From the IMG/VR virus record IMGVR_UViG_3300028831_000232, positions 27,244-91,243 of that record: a DNA stretch of 64,000 bases. One strand, given 5' to 3'. Within the stretch, counting starts at the first letter, position 1. Every line of letters starts with the position of its first letter. This DNA is from a virus. Positions 27,485 to 35,791 of the stretch are shown here, piece after piece. The position numbers were made by a program, and so were the translations under genes. Under the pieces are notes generated by a model. The model was given only the letters and a program-made list of their open reading frames with translations, was not told the origin of the DNA and did not search any database.

Positions 27485-27897
27485 CAGGCCGTCACCTCGA
27501 TGTCGGTGGAGGAAGGCTCGGGGACCTTGGCCTTCGAGAACGGGACGGTGGGCGCCGGGTGCTCGGCCTCCCAGGTTGCCAGAGCCTTGAACGCCTTCGA
27601 CATCCTGCGGATCTCCTCCCGCCGGATCCGCAGCGCCGATGACACCTGATCCCAGACCAGGATCAGCTGCTCGATGCCGACCTTCGACGGAATGAGCCGG
27701 CCGTCACGCCGAACACCGTCAACGTCGTCCAGACCGTGGATCGGGACGTTGGTGGCGATGACCACCCGCAGGGCCTCGATCAACGGCGCCAGCTGGGACT
27801 GCCACTCATCGATCCAGGCGATGTGCCGGCGCTGGCGGTCCCAGAGGAAGACCATAACGGCCAGGAGCACGGCCTGGATCACCGCAACGACGATCAC
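27484..27897 (-). CDS. Membrane-anchored hypothetical protein
   Basis: N-terminal TM IVVAVIQAVLLAVMVFLW. Confidence 0.6.
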   Translation of the reverse strand: MIVVAVIQAVLLAVMVFLWDRQRRHIAWIDEWQSQLAPLIEALRVVIATNVPIHGLDDVDGVRRDGRLIPSKVGIEQLILVWDQVSSALRIRREEIRRMSKAFKALATWEAEHPAPTVPFSKAKVPEPSSTDIEVTA

Positions 27898-28082
27898 TGC
27901 TCTTCCCCGCACGCTAAGCCGTCGTTATGCGCGCCCTGGCGGGGTCGCTTGTCCCCGATCTGGTGAACGAGGATGAGCGCCCACTTCTTGCGTCCGAACA
28001 GGATGCGGAAGCGGTTGTTGAACCCCGCCTCGTCTATCGCCCGGAGCGTCTGGTCGATGGTCAGCTTCCTACTCAGACGCAT
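27894..28082 (-). CDS. Hypothetical protein
   Basis: MRLSRKLTIDQ...; coupled. Confidence 0.5.
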   Translation of the reverse strand: MRLSRKLTIDQTLRAIDEAGFNNRFRILFGRKKWALILVHQIGDKRPRQGAHNDGLACGEEQ

Positions 28083-28506
28083 GGTCGGTCCCGTCGATAT
28101 GTTCGGGGCAGGGTCGGCGGTTCTGACAGGTCTTGAACAGGCCCGCCCCGACGAATCGCTCCTGCCCGATGACGGCGCCGCAGAGGTCGGAGCCGTCGGA
28201 GTGTTCGGCCCAGCACTTGCGGCAGGTACGGGGGTACTGGCCTCGGGAATGCCACTGGTGGCGGGCCACGCTCTGGCTGAACGGCACGTCATCGAACGGA
28301 ATCCAGGCGTTGCCCTTCGTGTCGCAGGGGCCGCTGTGGGCGTACTGGAGACAGCAGTCTTGGTTCGAGCAGGGTGCGGGGTCGTAGCAGTCGTTAGGCG
28401 GGGTGGACGGCCACCAACCGAAGCAGCGACGACAGCGGAATCCCGTCTCTTCACGACGGCCGCACGGTTCAAGATCGTGCACTAACTCGGCGTGCTGGTC
28501 GGTCAT
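28069..28506 (-). CDS. Cys/His-rich multi-zinc-finger protein
   Basis: Many CxxC and HxxxC motifs. Confidence 0.6.
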   Translation of the reverse strand: MTDQHAELVHDLEPCGRREETGFRCRRCFGWWPSTPPNDCYDPAPCSNQDCCLQYAHSGPCDTKGNAWIPFDDVPFSQSVARHQWHSRGQYPRTCRKCWAEHSDGSDLCGAVIGQERFVGAGLFKTCQNRRPCPEHIDGTDHASE

Positions 28507-28643
28507 TCCGCACCGTCCACGAGGCCATAGACATCGCCTCGGTACTCGGTCCCATCGGGCAGCTTGTAGACGGTCCAGGTATCCTCACCGTCGCTACGGG
28601 TCCAGATCTGGAGCTTCACGTACCGTCCCGGGGGCGAGTACAC
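28503..28643 (-). CDS. Hypothetical protein (start uncertain, possible frameshift)
   Basis: VYSPPGRYVKLQIWTRSDGEDTW...; GC-rich third positions; no clear RBS. Confidence 0.35.
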   Translation of the reverse strand: MYSPPGRYVKLQIWTRSDGEDTWTVYKLPDGTEYRGDVYGLVDGAE

Positions 28644-28670
28644 AATCGGCGTGCTGGGCGTCGATATCGC

Positions 28671-28865
28671 TCATGACAACTCCCATCCCAGGAACCTGCG
28701 GGCCTCGGCGTCGGAGCACGAACAGTCGTCCGGGTGGTCGCATTTTCCCCAGTCGATGACGTGGCGACGGAGTAGCTCCTCGGCCTTCTCTAAGCGAGGC
28801 TCGAACTCGTCCAACTGGGCTTGTGGAACCCGAACAGTATCGGCGGGACGTACGGGGTCGGCCAT
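28671..28865 (-). CDS. Small Cys/His protein
   Basis: H...CDHPDDCSC. Confidence 0.55.
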   Translation of the reverse strand: MADPVRPADTVRVPQAQLDEFEPRLEKAEELLRRHVIDWGKCDHPDDCSCSDAEARRFLGWELS

Positions 28866-29356
28866 CACATCTTCCCGGCCACGATGTCCATCAGGAACTC
28901 CCACGCCTGCTTCGTCCACCGGGCATCGTTGAGGGCGTGGTGCTCGTCGGCCTCGGCCTGCTCGGGCAGCTTGGGATTACCCAGCATCCAGGCCAGCTGC
29001 TTCACGTCGAGGCAGAACATCGGCCAGGTCTTGGGCAAGTCCATCATGGAGCCGAAGAGCTGGCACATCACCACCCAGTCGTAGTCGGCGTAGTAGGCCC
29101 AGAACTCCGGGTGGGCGCCGACGAAGTCCTCCACCTCTTCAGCGATCTCCCCCCGGTGGCGGTAGAACTTCTCCTCGCTGGACGGCTCCAGGGCGGGAAT
29201 CACGTTGGCCTGGACCCAGACGTTGGCGTTGAGCCAGTCGGCGTCGCGGTTGATGGCGTAGTACGCCTCGTTGTTCTCGCTCACGATGCCGATGGAGAGC
29301 AGGTCGATGGTCCGACCGTCCTCCATGAATTCGGTGTCGAACCAGAACCGGGTCAC
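28865..29356 (-). CDS. DEDDh 3'-5' exoribonuclease (Rv2179c-like)
   Basis: WFDTEF, YYADYDWV, HHALNDA. Confidence 0.85.
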   Translation of the reverse strand: MTRFWFDTEFMEDGRTIDLLSIGIVSENNEAYYAINRDADWLNANVWVQANVIPALEPSSEEKFYRHRGEIAEEVEDFVGAHPEFWAYYADYDWVVMCQLFGSMMDLPKTWPMFCLDVKQLAWMLGNPKLPEQAEADEHHALNDARWTKQAWEFLMDIVAGKM

Positions 29357-29703
29357 GCCGGCACCTCCATCGGGACGCCGGTCACGGTGAACGCCCCGAT
29401 CCGCCAGCCGATGCCGAGGAGGCGGTGGAGCACGAGATCGAGGTCGTCAATCCCGAGCACCACCGTGCCCCCAAGGCCCCGGAGAACCCCGCTCCAGGCT
29501 TCTGGGGTGACTTCCTCGATGCCGACGAAGTGCCAGCTCTCCAGGCCGTCCTCCCGGTCATACTCCGCACGCAACAGCTCCATGGCCCTCGCTGATGTGT
29601 GGCAAACGATGATGCGGTGCTCGCCCTCGGGCGCCGACCTGGCCCACTCCAGCAGCGCCGTCGTCTTGCCGCGCTGGCGGTCAGCCACGTAGACCTCGAT
29701 CAC
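29353..29703 (-). CDS. Small P-loop-like protein
   Basis: RQRGKTT and IDD motifs. Confidence 0.5.
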   Translation of the reverse strand: MIEVYVADRQRGKTTALLEWARSAPEGEHRIIVCHTSARAMELLRAEYDREDGLESWHFVGIEEVTPEAWSGVLRGLGGTVVLGIDDLDLVLHRLLGIGWRIGAFTVTGVPMEVPA

Positions 29704-29960
29704 TGCGCCACTTCACTGAAGAGCTTGTTCAGCGCTTGCTGGAAGGCCGAGATGAGCACCTTGGGATCGGTGCCGCCGGCCTTCGACCACTTCACCCAGA
29801 AGGTCACCGCCGAGCGGTCATCGTCGTCGCTGTTGTAGTGCAGCACGTCGGGCGACTGGAGGAAGAACCGGATGCCGTAGAAGGTCTGGCCGCTGTCCAC
29901 CACCTTCTTCACCAGCTCGACCTCGTCGGTCAGCTCCTCGGCGTAGAGGTTCAGTCTCAT
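29700..29960 (-). CDS. Hypothetical protein
   Basis: 86 aa, coupled. Confidence 0.6.
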   Translation of the reverse strand: MRLNLYAEELTDEVELVKKVVDSGQTFYGIRFFLQSPDVLHYNSDDDDRSAVTFWVKWSKAGGTDPKVLISAFQQALNKLFSEVAQ

Positions 29961-30145
29961 TCGCTGGCCCCGTTCTTCAGGTAGGCGAAGAAGACGGCCG
30001 CCGTGGCGATGACCGTCTCGGGGGTACCTTCACGGCGCTGGTGGTACTCGATGGCCCGGTCGAGGGCCAGGACCCGACCCTCGACATCACTCGGCTCATA
30101 GCCGGGGCCGGCGGCCACTGCCTTGCCGGCGTACTCGTCATCCAT
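29957..30145 (-). CDS. Hypothetical protein
   Basis: AAGGAG RBS; RVLALDRAI. Confidence 0.6.
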   Translation of the reverse strand: MDDEYAGKAVAAGPGYEPSDVEGRVLALDRAIEYHQRREGTPETVIATAAVFFAYLKNGASE

Positions 30146-30157
30146 TCTGATTCTCCT

Positions 30158-30412
30158 TCATGGGTTCACGTACTCCTGTGTCGGGTCACCGTCCGGCCGG
30201 CGCCGGCCACTGCGTGGATGACGCATCCAGCCGGTGGGTTCTCCGGTGCCGTCCCAGCTGTAGAGGGCCGCGACCGCAGCCACCTGGCTGTCGTATCACC
30301 AAACGTCGTCCCACACCGGCACGGTCTTCGGCCCGATGCCGAGCCGGGCGCGCCCGAAGGTGATGGGGAAGACGGCGGCCATGCGGCCGTCCGGCATGTC
30401 CCTGGTGATCAC
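30158..30412 (-). CDS. 84-codon ORF interrupted by in-frame TGA at 30296-30298 (candidate selenoprotein or pseudogene)
   Basis: ...PVWDDVW[TGA]YDSQVAAVAALYSWDGTGEPTGWMRHPRSGRRRPDGDPTQEYVNP; frame stays open for 45 codons after the TGA. Confidence 0.6.
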
Positions 30413-30663
30413 GTAGCCTGCCGCGCCCGCGCCGCCATCAACGTGGCGATGAACACCCGGATGTCCTGCAGGCACTCGATGTTCCAGATGGTGTCGGCCT
30501 TCGGGTAGAAGCAGTACTGGCGCCAGGCGCCGTACCACCGGATCTCACCCAGGATGTCACCGTGATTGACCGAGCGCACCCAGATGATCTTCGTCTTGCG
30601 GTTCTTGGCGGTGGTGTCGATGAAGTCGAGGTACCGGGTCTTGGCGAGCGACTCTCCGATCAT
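30409..30663 (-). CDS. Phage hypothetical protein
   Basis: LGEIRWYGAWRQYCFYP...WNIECLQDI. Confidence 0.7.
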   Translation of the reverse strand: MIGESLAKTRYLDFIDTTAKNRKTKIIWVRSVNHGDILGEIRWYGAWRQYCFYPKADTIWNIECLQDIRVFIATLMAARARQAT

Positions 30664-30926
30664 GCCCGGCTCAGCGCCTTCGAGAGGACCGCAGCGTCGA
30701 GCTGGAGCAATGTCCCCCGTACGGCCGCCCGGTGGGCGTGGGCGGCCGTACGGAAGCTCTGACGGGCCACTGCGCTCATCGGGAAGCGGGCGGCCACTAT
30801 CCGGGGGTAGCAGCTGTTTCCCCCCACGTCGGGGTGCTCGGCTTCGAGCAGGTGGCAGACATCACAGACCCGCCGCCGGCCGAAGGGCAGGGTGGTCCGG
30901 CCCTGAATGTTCACCCGGTCGTTCAC
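30660..30926 (-). CDS. Hypothetical protein
   Basis: CDVC..H..C; coupled. Confidence 0.45.
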   Translation of the reverse strand: MNDRVNIQGRTTLPFGRRRVCDVCHLLEAEHPDVGGNSCYPRIVAARFPMSAVARQSFRTAAHAHRAAVRGTLLQLDAAVLSKALSRA

Positions 30927-31240
30927 CGATGAATCTCCCGCTGGCGCGCCGCTAAGGTCCGCTTGGCGATCTCGTCAGCGCTGACCACTGCCTCGGTCAT
31001 CGGCTCCAGCTCGGTGGCCGGCTTCCAGCTGACCATCTCGATCCCAGGCCGGCCCTCGGCCTGGGTGGCGGTGCCCCAGTACACCTGCACCTGGCCCCGG
31101 CGTACCGAGCGCACGATCCCGCCCTGGCCCTTCCAGACCACTCTCTGGCCCTTCCGGTACCGGGGCGGGATCTCGTCAGGCGTGCGGATGTCCACGATCT
31201 TCGGGACATGCCCGTTCCCCTTGCCGTTCTTGGCGGCCAC
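30923..31240 (-). CDS. SH3/KOW-like hypothetical protein
   Basis: YRKGQRVVWKG..GIV...V.VYWG. Confidence 0.6.
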   Translation of the reverse strand: MAAKNGKGNGHVPKIVDIRTPDEIPPRYRKGQRVVWKGQGGIVRSVRRGQVQVYWGTATQAEGRPGIEMVSWKPATELEPMTEAVVSADEIAKRTLAARQREIHR

Positions 31241-31241
31241 C

Positions 31242-31847
31242 TCAGTCGAGCTTGTCGAAGAGGGACTTGAGCCACAGCCGCACGTCCTCGTACGTGGTTT
31301 CCGAGGAGTCGTTGAAGCTCGGCATGGAATTGAAGCCCTTGTCCTCGGCCACGGCCATGTCGAGGAACGCCTGGACGGCCTCCCCCACCCGACGCCGGGC
31401 GGCGTCCAGCTCGGTGTGGCCCTTGACGGCCAGGCCCAGCTCCTGCGTGGCCCGCGCCAGGGCGCCGATGAGGCAGTACTGCTCGACGTGCGCCTCGCTG
31501 TTCCAGGCCGTGGACTGGCCCTTGACCCAGTTCGCCTCGGTCGCCATGAGGGCCAGCATCCGCTCGATGACGAGCCGGATGAACGGCTTGACCTCCTCGA
31601 TCTGCTCCGGGGTCACCAGCTTCGGAGCCGGCGCTCCGTAGTGGTAGTCCGGCCACCCCTCCTGCACCACGCTGTGGTTGTGCGAGCTGTTTCCGCCCAC
31701 GCTGATGTAGGCGCCGTGGTTAGCCGGGTCCGGCACCGCCTGCACGTAGTGGCTGTGGGCGGCGGCGTAGCCGTCAAACGCCTGCTGGATCGAGTGCATG
31801 TGGTTGGCCCACTGCTCCTTGATGCCGAGGCCGCTCTTGTTCGCCAT
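31242..31847 (-). CDS. DUF6197-like protein
   Basis: WVKG...YCLIGAL...FNDSSETTYEDV. Confidence 0.6.
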   Translation of the reverse strand: MANKSGLGIKEQWANHMHSIQQAFDGYAAAHSHYVQAVPDPANHGAYISVGGNSSHNHSVVQEGWPDYHYGAPAPKLVTPEQIEEVKPFIRLVIERMLALMATEANWVKGQSTAWNSEAHVEQYCLIGALARATQELGLAVKGHTELDAARRRVGEAVQAFLDMAVAEDKGFNSMPSFNDSSETTYEDVRLWLKSLFDKLD

Positions 31848-31857
31848 TCTGGTTCTC

Positions 31858-32625
31858 CTAATCGCTGTCGAACGTCATCGTGTAGGTCGCTTCCCAGCTG
31901 TCGCCGTTCTTCAGGGTGACGTTGTGGCCGAAGACGCCGGGATACTTCTTCTTGGCCTCCTCCGTTGCCAGGCCCATCTCCTCGGCCATCTGTTCCTGCT
32001 CCAGCCGCCGGGCGTTGTCCTGGGCCAGCTTGAGCAGCTCGGCCATGACCTTGTCGGGCGGGACCTCGGGACTCGGCTCCTTCACCGAATACCGGCCCGT
32101 CTTGGTGCCGGCCAGGCCGCTGGCCGGGGCGGCCTTGATCTGCTCGGCCGCCTTCTCGATGTCGGCCCAGGTGACCGGCTTGGACTCCTTGATCTTGGAG
32201 GAGTTGAGCCAGGACTGCTGCAGCTCGGCGGCCATCTCCGGGCCGATCTCCTGGGGGATCTTCACGCCCTCGTCCAGCCATTTGGCGAACACCGCCTGGC
32301 CCTGGAGCTTCGGCTTGGCGATGCCCATGAGCTTCTCGAAATCGGAGGCCAGGACGGACGGCTCGACTCCGGTGGGCAGGTCCCCGAAGGCGGCGGCCAC
32401 CACGATGTTGACGAAGAGGTCGATGGCGTGGCGGTACTCGGCGTCGAAGTGGTAGCGCTTCTGGGCGCTCATGCCGTTGACCAGGGCCTCGGTGGCCCGA
32501 CGCCGCGCCCGCTTCTGGAGGCACTGCACAACGATATCGACCAGCTGGCGCTCGCCCTTGTCGAGGGCGTCCCCGAACCCCTTCTCCACGTCCTTGATCA
32601 GCTGGTAGAAGAACTGGCCGTACAC
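31858..32625 (-). CDS. Hypothetical protein
   Basis: GGAGG RBS before GTG; 255 aa. Confidence 0.65.
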   Translation of the reverse strand: MYGQFFYQLIKDVEKGFGDALDKGERQLVDIVVQCLQKRARRRATEALVNGMSAQKRYHFDAEYRHAIDLFVNIVVAAAFGDLPTGVEPSVLASDFEKLMGIAKPKLQGQAVFAKWLDEGVKIPQEIGPEMAAELQQSWLNSSKIKESKPVTWADIEKAAEQIKAAPASGLAGTKTGRYSVKEPSPEVPPDKVMAELLKLAQDNARRLEQEQMAEEMGLATEEAKKKYPGVFGHNVTLKNGDSWEATYTMTFDSD

Positions 32626-32688
32626 GAGATGCCTCCCGATTGGCAAGGCGCCAAGGGTAAACCCTGCCGTCGTCCGGCGCCACCCAAT

Positions 32689-33087
32689 TCAGCTCTTGAT
32701 GACGTAGGCGAAATTGAGGGCCGGCTGGCCCATCCTGGCATCCAGCCGGCGGGCGGCTTCGGGCCGGGAACTGGCCCGCAGGTCCGGCACCCGGAACCGC
32801 CGGAAGCGCCACCGCCGCCTGGATGGCCCGAAAGCGTCCCCGATGGCGCTGTAGAGCTTCGGGTAGAGCGCCTGGGGCACTTCCTGGCCGGCGCACATCA
32901 AAAAGCCTGGAGGGGCCTCTGAGCCGCTCCAGGGGAGGACGGTGCCCGACGGGACGAGGGCGCTGTAGGGGGTCTGGCCTCGGGCCGCTGCCTGGGCCGG
33001 CGTGGGGGCCGCCCAGTCCATCCCCTTGAGCAGCATCGGCATGAAGGGGGTAAGGGCCAGCCCCTTGAGGAAGGTGCGCCTCTCCAT
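32689..33087 (-). CDS. Phage tail collar domain protein with twin-arginine-type N-terminus
   Basis: ERRTFLKG; PSGTVLPWSG..APPGFLMCAGQ..YPKLYSAIG..FG...FRVPDLR. Confidence 0.75.
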   Translation of the reverse strand: MERRTFLKGLALTPFMPMLLKGMDWAAPTPAQAAARGQTPYSALVPSGTVLPWSGSEAPPGFLMCAGQEVPQALYPKLYSAIGDAFGPSRRRWRFRRFRVPDLRASSRPEAARRLDARMGQPALNFAYVIKS

Positions 33088-33096
33088 GGGGCGACG

Positions 33097-33567
33097 TTAA
33101 TCGATGCGCCGGACCCGGTGGAGCGGGATTTTCGCCTTGGTGGCGGCGTAGCCCTCGGCGCTGGCCCGCCATTTGTCGTCGGGGTGGTAGTCGATCTCCA
33201 GGGTGTGGCCCCGCGGCGCCCGAGCGCCCAGGGTGTCGCCGGCCCGGCCCTGGTGGCGCCACCGCTCGTCGGGCGACGCCGAGGCCCTGGTGTAGCCGCC
33301 CCCGCCCGAGGTGGCCTGGAGGTAGCCCTGCTCCTGGGCCGATTTCCACTCCTCGGGGTGGACGACCCGGTAGAGCTTGCTGACCGGCGTGCTCACGGTG
33401 GCGCCGTGCATGCGGACCCGCAGTCCGTCCCGGTGCTCGAAGATCGTGCCGCCGTAGTGCTCGGCCGGGTCGTAGCTGATCGGGTTGGACATCGGCCGGT
33501 GGCCGGCCTCGGAGAGGGTCTTGCCCAGCTCGGCCAGAGCGTCCTCGAATTCCTCGGAGCGGCTCAT
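33097..33567 (-). CDS. DUF952/ADP-ribosyltransferase-like protein
   Basis: KLYRVVHPEEWKSAQEQGYL...TLEIDY. Confidence 0.45.
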   Translation of the reverse strand: MSRSEEFEDALAELGKTLSEAGHRPMSNPISYDPAEHYGGTIFEHRDGLRVRMHGATVSTPVSKLYRVVHPEEWKSAQEQGYLQATSGGGGYTRASASPDERWRHQGRAGDTLGARAPRGHTLEIDYHPDDKWRASAEGYAATKAKIPLHRVRRID

Positions 33568-33571
33568 GGCC

Positions 33572-33781
33572 CTAGCTTTTCACTTTTCCCGACTCGAAAT
33601 TCAGCCAGTCGTTGTGGAGGGCGACGACATGCTCGGCCAATCGACTGCTGTCCACGAGGCCGATCACGATCCCTTCCTCCTCCAACATGGCGTAGATGTT
33701 GCGAAGCCCTTTGCTGCCCAGACGCCAATGGGCGGCGATGATGGCCTTGGAGTCGGCGTCGTTGCGGGCATCGCCTTTCAT
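33572..33781 (-). CDS. Hypothetical protein
   Basis: WRLGSK..RNIY...V..HN. Confidence 0.55.
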   Translation of the reverse strand: MKGDARNDADSKAIIAAHWRLGSKGLRNIYAMLEEEGIVIGLVDSSRLAEHVVALHNDWLNFESGKVKS

Positions 33782-34005
33782 GGGCCGACGTAGGGCTTGC
33801 CCCGGTTGGGATTCGCCATGGCCTCCATGCGGACCTCGGGGGGCCGGGTGTCACCCCAGTTGCGGATCATGCTGCCCTGGCCCAGGCCGGCCCGCTTGCC
33901 GTAGACCTTCTCGGGCTTCTCGGGGGGCTGGTCCGGCCCCGCCCGGTAGTCCTCGCCGGGGAAGAGGGACTGGGTGAACTGGTCTTCGTTCAGGTTGGGG
34001 TTCAT
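33778..34005 (-). CDS. Hypothetical protein
   Basis: MNPNLNEDQF... Confidence 0.55.
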   Translation of the reverse strand: MNPNLNEDQFTQSLFPGEDYRAGPDQPPEKPEKVYGKRAGLGQGSMIRNWGDTRPPEVRMEAMANPNRGKPYVGP

Positions 34006-34016
34006 GGCTGCGTCCT

Positions 34017-34832
34017 TCATCCGGTCCCGCCGTGACTGGGCATGAACGCCCGGTTGAAGAGCATGTCTGCCCGCTCCCGGCTGCCCTGGTTGTACGGCGC
34101 CGTGGAGAAGAGCTGACCCTGGTCGAGAGCGCTGCTCTGCGTGGCCCGGAACGCCTTGAGACGGCTCTCCCCCGGATCCACCCGCTCGGGGTCGTACTCC
34201 CGCCGACCCAACTGCTTCTGCTCCCAGCGGATCAGGGGATGGGCCTTGGCCCCCGCCGCCTTCACCGCTTCGCCGTGGGTCTGGAGAAACTGGCGCGACG
34301 GGGCCAGAGCGGAAATCGAGCCGCTGTCCTCGACGGCGTTGCGGTAGTAGTGGACGCCCTCTTTGGGACTCCAGCGGTTGCCTTCGTCGGGCGCCGGGTT
34401 GGCCGGCGAGCCACCCGGACCCTGCCAGTTCGGCGTCGTTTCGCCTTTGAGCCGCACCGGAAACGAGCGCCAGGGCTGCGGCCCCTCGTCGTAGGTGCCG
34501 GGGAATTTATGGCTGGGACCGAGGTCGCGCCGTCGCTTGTCGGCCGCCCCGAAAGAGCCGACGTGGATACCGGCATTTTTGGCCCCGCCCGTCCGGGGAA
34601 GCTGTTCGCCGTAACGACCGTGCCACCACGTCCTCGGGTCGGCGGCAAACTGGCTGCGGGTCTGCTGGTGCGGCTCCAACATGAATTCGCTGCCCTCGAC
34701 GGAAAAGAGCTGCGGGTTGCGGTGGCGGTGCTCCCGGCCCATGTCGTTCAGGTACTGGCTACGAGCGGGATCCATGAGCTTGGCCTCGGCCGGCCCCACC
34801 TGGGACGGGTCGAATTGCCGGCCGAGCTTCAC
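34017..34832 (-). CDS. Putative ADP-ribosyltransferase-fold protein
   Basis: WWHG...GIHVGS..AA..R...Y.N.VED.GS pattern. Confidence 0.5.
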   Translation of the reverse strand: MKLGRQFDPSQVGPAEAKLMDPARSQYLNDMGREHRHRNPQLFSVEGSEFMLEPHQQTRSQFAADPRTWWHGRYGEQLPRTGGAKNAGIHVGSFGAADKRRRDLGPSHKFPGTYDEGPQPWRSFPVRLKGETTPNWQGPGGSPANPAPDEGNRWSPKEGVHYYRNAVEDSGSISALAPSRQFLQTHGEAVKAAGAKAHPLIRWEQKQLGRREYDPERVDPGESRLKAFRATQSSALDQGQLFSTAPYNQGSRERADMLFNRAFMPSHGGTG

Positions 34833-35173
34833 TGCGCCTGCGCCAATCGCCGGCAGGCCGGGCAGTCGGGACCGGGCGGGGCGTCGGTGGCGTGGGCCTT
34901 CCAGTGCTCGAAGCGGGCCTTGGCGTCGGGGCCGACCTCGATCTGGTGGCCGCTCTCGATGCGACGGCGGGTCTTGGCCCCGATATTCAGTCCCAGGGCG
35001 TTGGTCTGCCAGTGCCGGGCCAGGGTGCCGTACCAGCGCCGAGGGCCTTCGATGAGCGTGGCCTTCTCGCCCTCGTGGCGCTCCAGCTCGGGGTCGTCAG
35101 CGGAGAAGCGCACCACGGCCCGGCCGGACCCCTCGGCAAAGGCCCGCTGCCGGCCGTCGGTGATCCGGGTCAC
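34829..35173 (-). CDS. Hypothetical protein
   Basis: GTGA coupled; C-terminal H...CPAC. Confidence 0.55.
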   Translation of the reverse strand: MTRITDGRQRAFAEGSGRAVVRFSADDPELERHEGEKATLIEGPRRWYGTLARHWQTNALGLNIGAKTRRRIESGHQIEVGPDAKARFEHWKAHATDAPPGPDCPACRRLAQAQ

Positions 35174-35454
35174 CGATCCTCCATGCCGGGCAGCTTCTGC
35201 CAGACGGGCTGGGGCCGGGTCTGGAAATGGTGCTGGAAGATGGGCGTCCTCCACGGTGCGTCGGGGTTGGCCTCGCCGGCCACCCGCCGCCGCCCGGCCT
35301 CTTTCACGTCGGGGTCGAAGAGCGACTGCCTTCCCCCGCCACCGAGGAACAGCCGGCCCTGGGGATGACTCTCGGTGCCGGGCCAGTAGTGCCGCCCGGC
35401 AGCGGCGTCGCGGGCGTGGGCGACGAATTGACGGCCCAGCGCTCGCAGGCTCAT
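35170..35454 (-). CDS. Hypothetical protein
   Basis: MSLRALGRQF... Confidence 0.5.
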   Translation of the reverse strand: MSLRALGRQFVAHARDAAAGRHYWPGTESHPQGRLFLGGGGRQSLFDPDVKEAGRRRVAGEANPDAPWRTPIFQHHFQTRPQPVWQKLPGMEDR

Positions 35455-35489
35455 GAGCGGGAGTCTACGCGACCCCCACCCACGGCCTT

Positions 35490-35702
35490 CTACACGTCGA
35501 AGGTGATGAGCATCTCCTGGCCCGGCTTGAACCGCTCGGCGGCCGTCTCGTTCTTGATGGTCATCTCGATGGAGCCTGAAGGCGTGGCGGCCCAGAACTC
35601 CTTGTTCTCCTCCGACCCCTTGGTGACGGGCTGCATCTTCACCTTGGTGGCCCAGCCGAACAGCTCGATGCTGGTGACGTAGAACTTGGCGACGACGGCC
35701 AT
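35490..35702 (-). CDS. Conserved phage hypothetical protein
   Basis: AKFYV...ENKEFWAATPSGSIEMTI.N..A...FKPGQE..ITF. Confidence 0.75.
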   Translation of the reverse strand: MAVVAKFYVTSIELFGWATKVKMQPVTKGSEENKEFWAATPSGSIEMTIKNETAAERFKPGQEMLITFDV

Positions 35703-35791
35703 GACAGCTCCCTTCGGTGGTGTGGAATTCACGAAGGGGCTGCGACTGGATTGGCTCGCCCACGCCGACCCCGCTCGATCCTACCTCGTGC

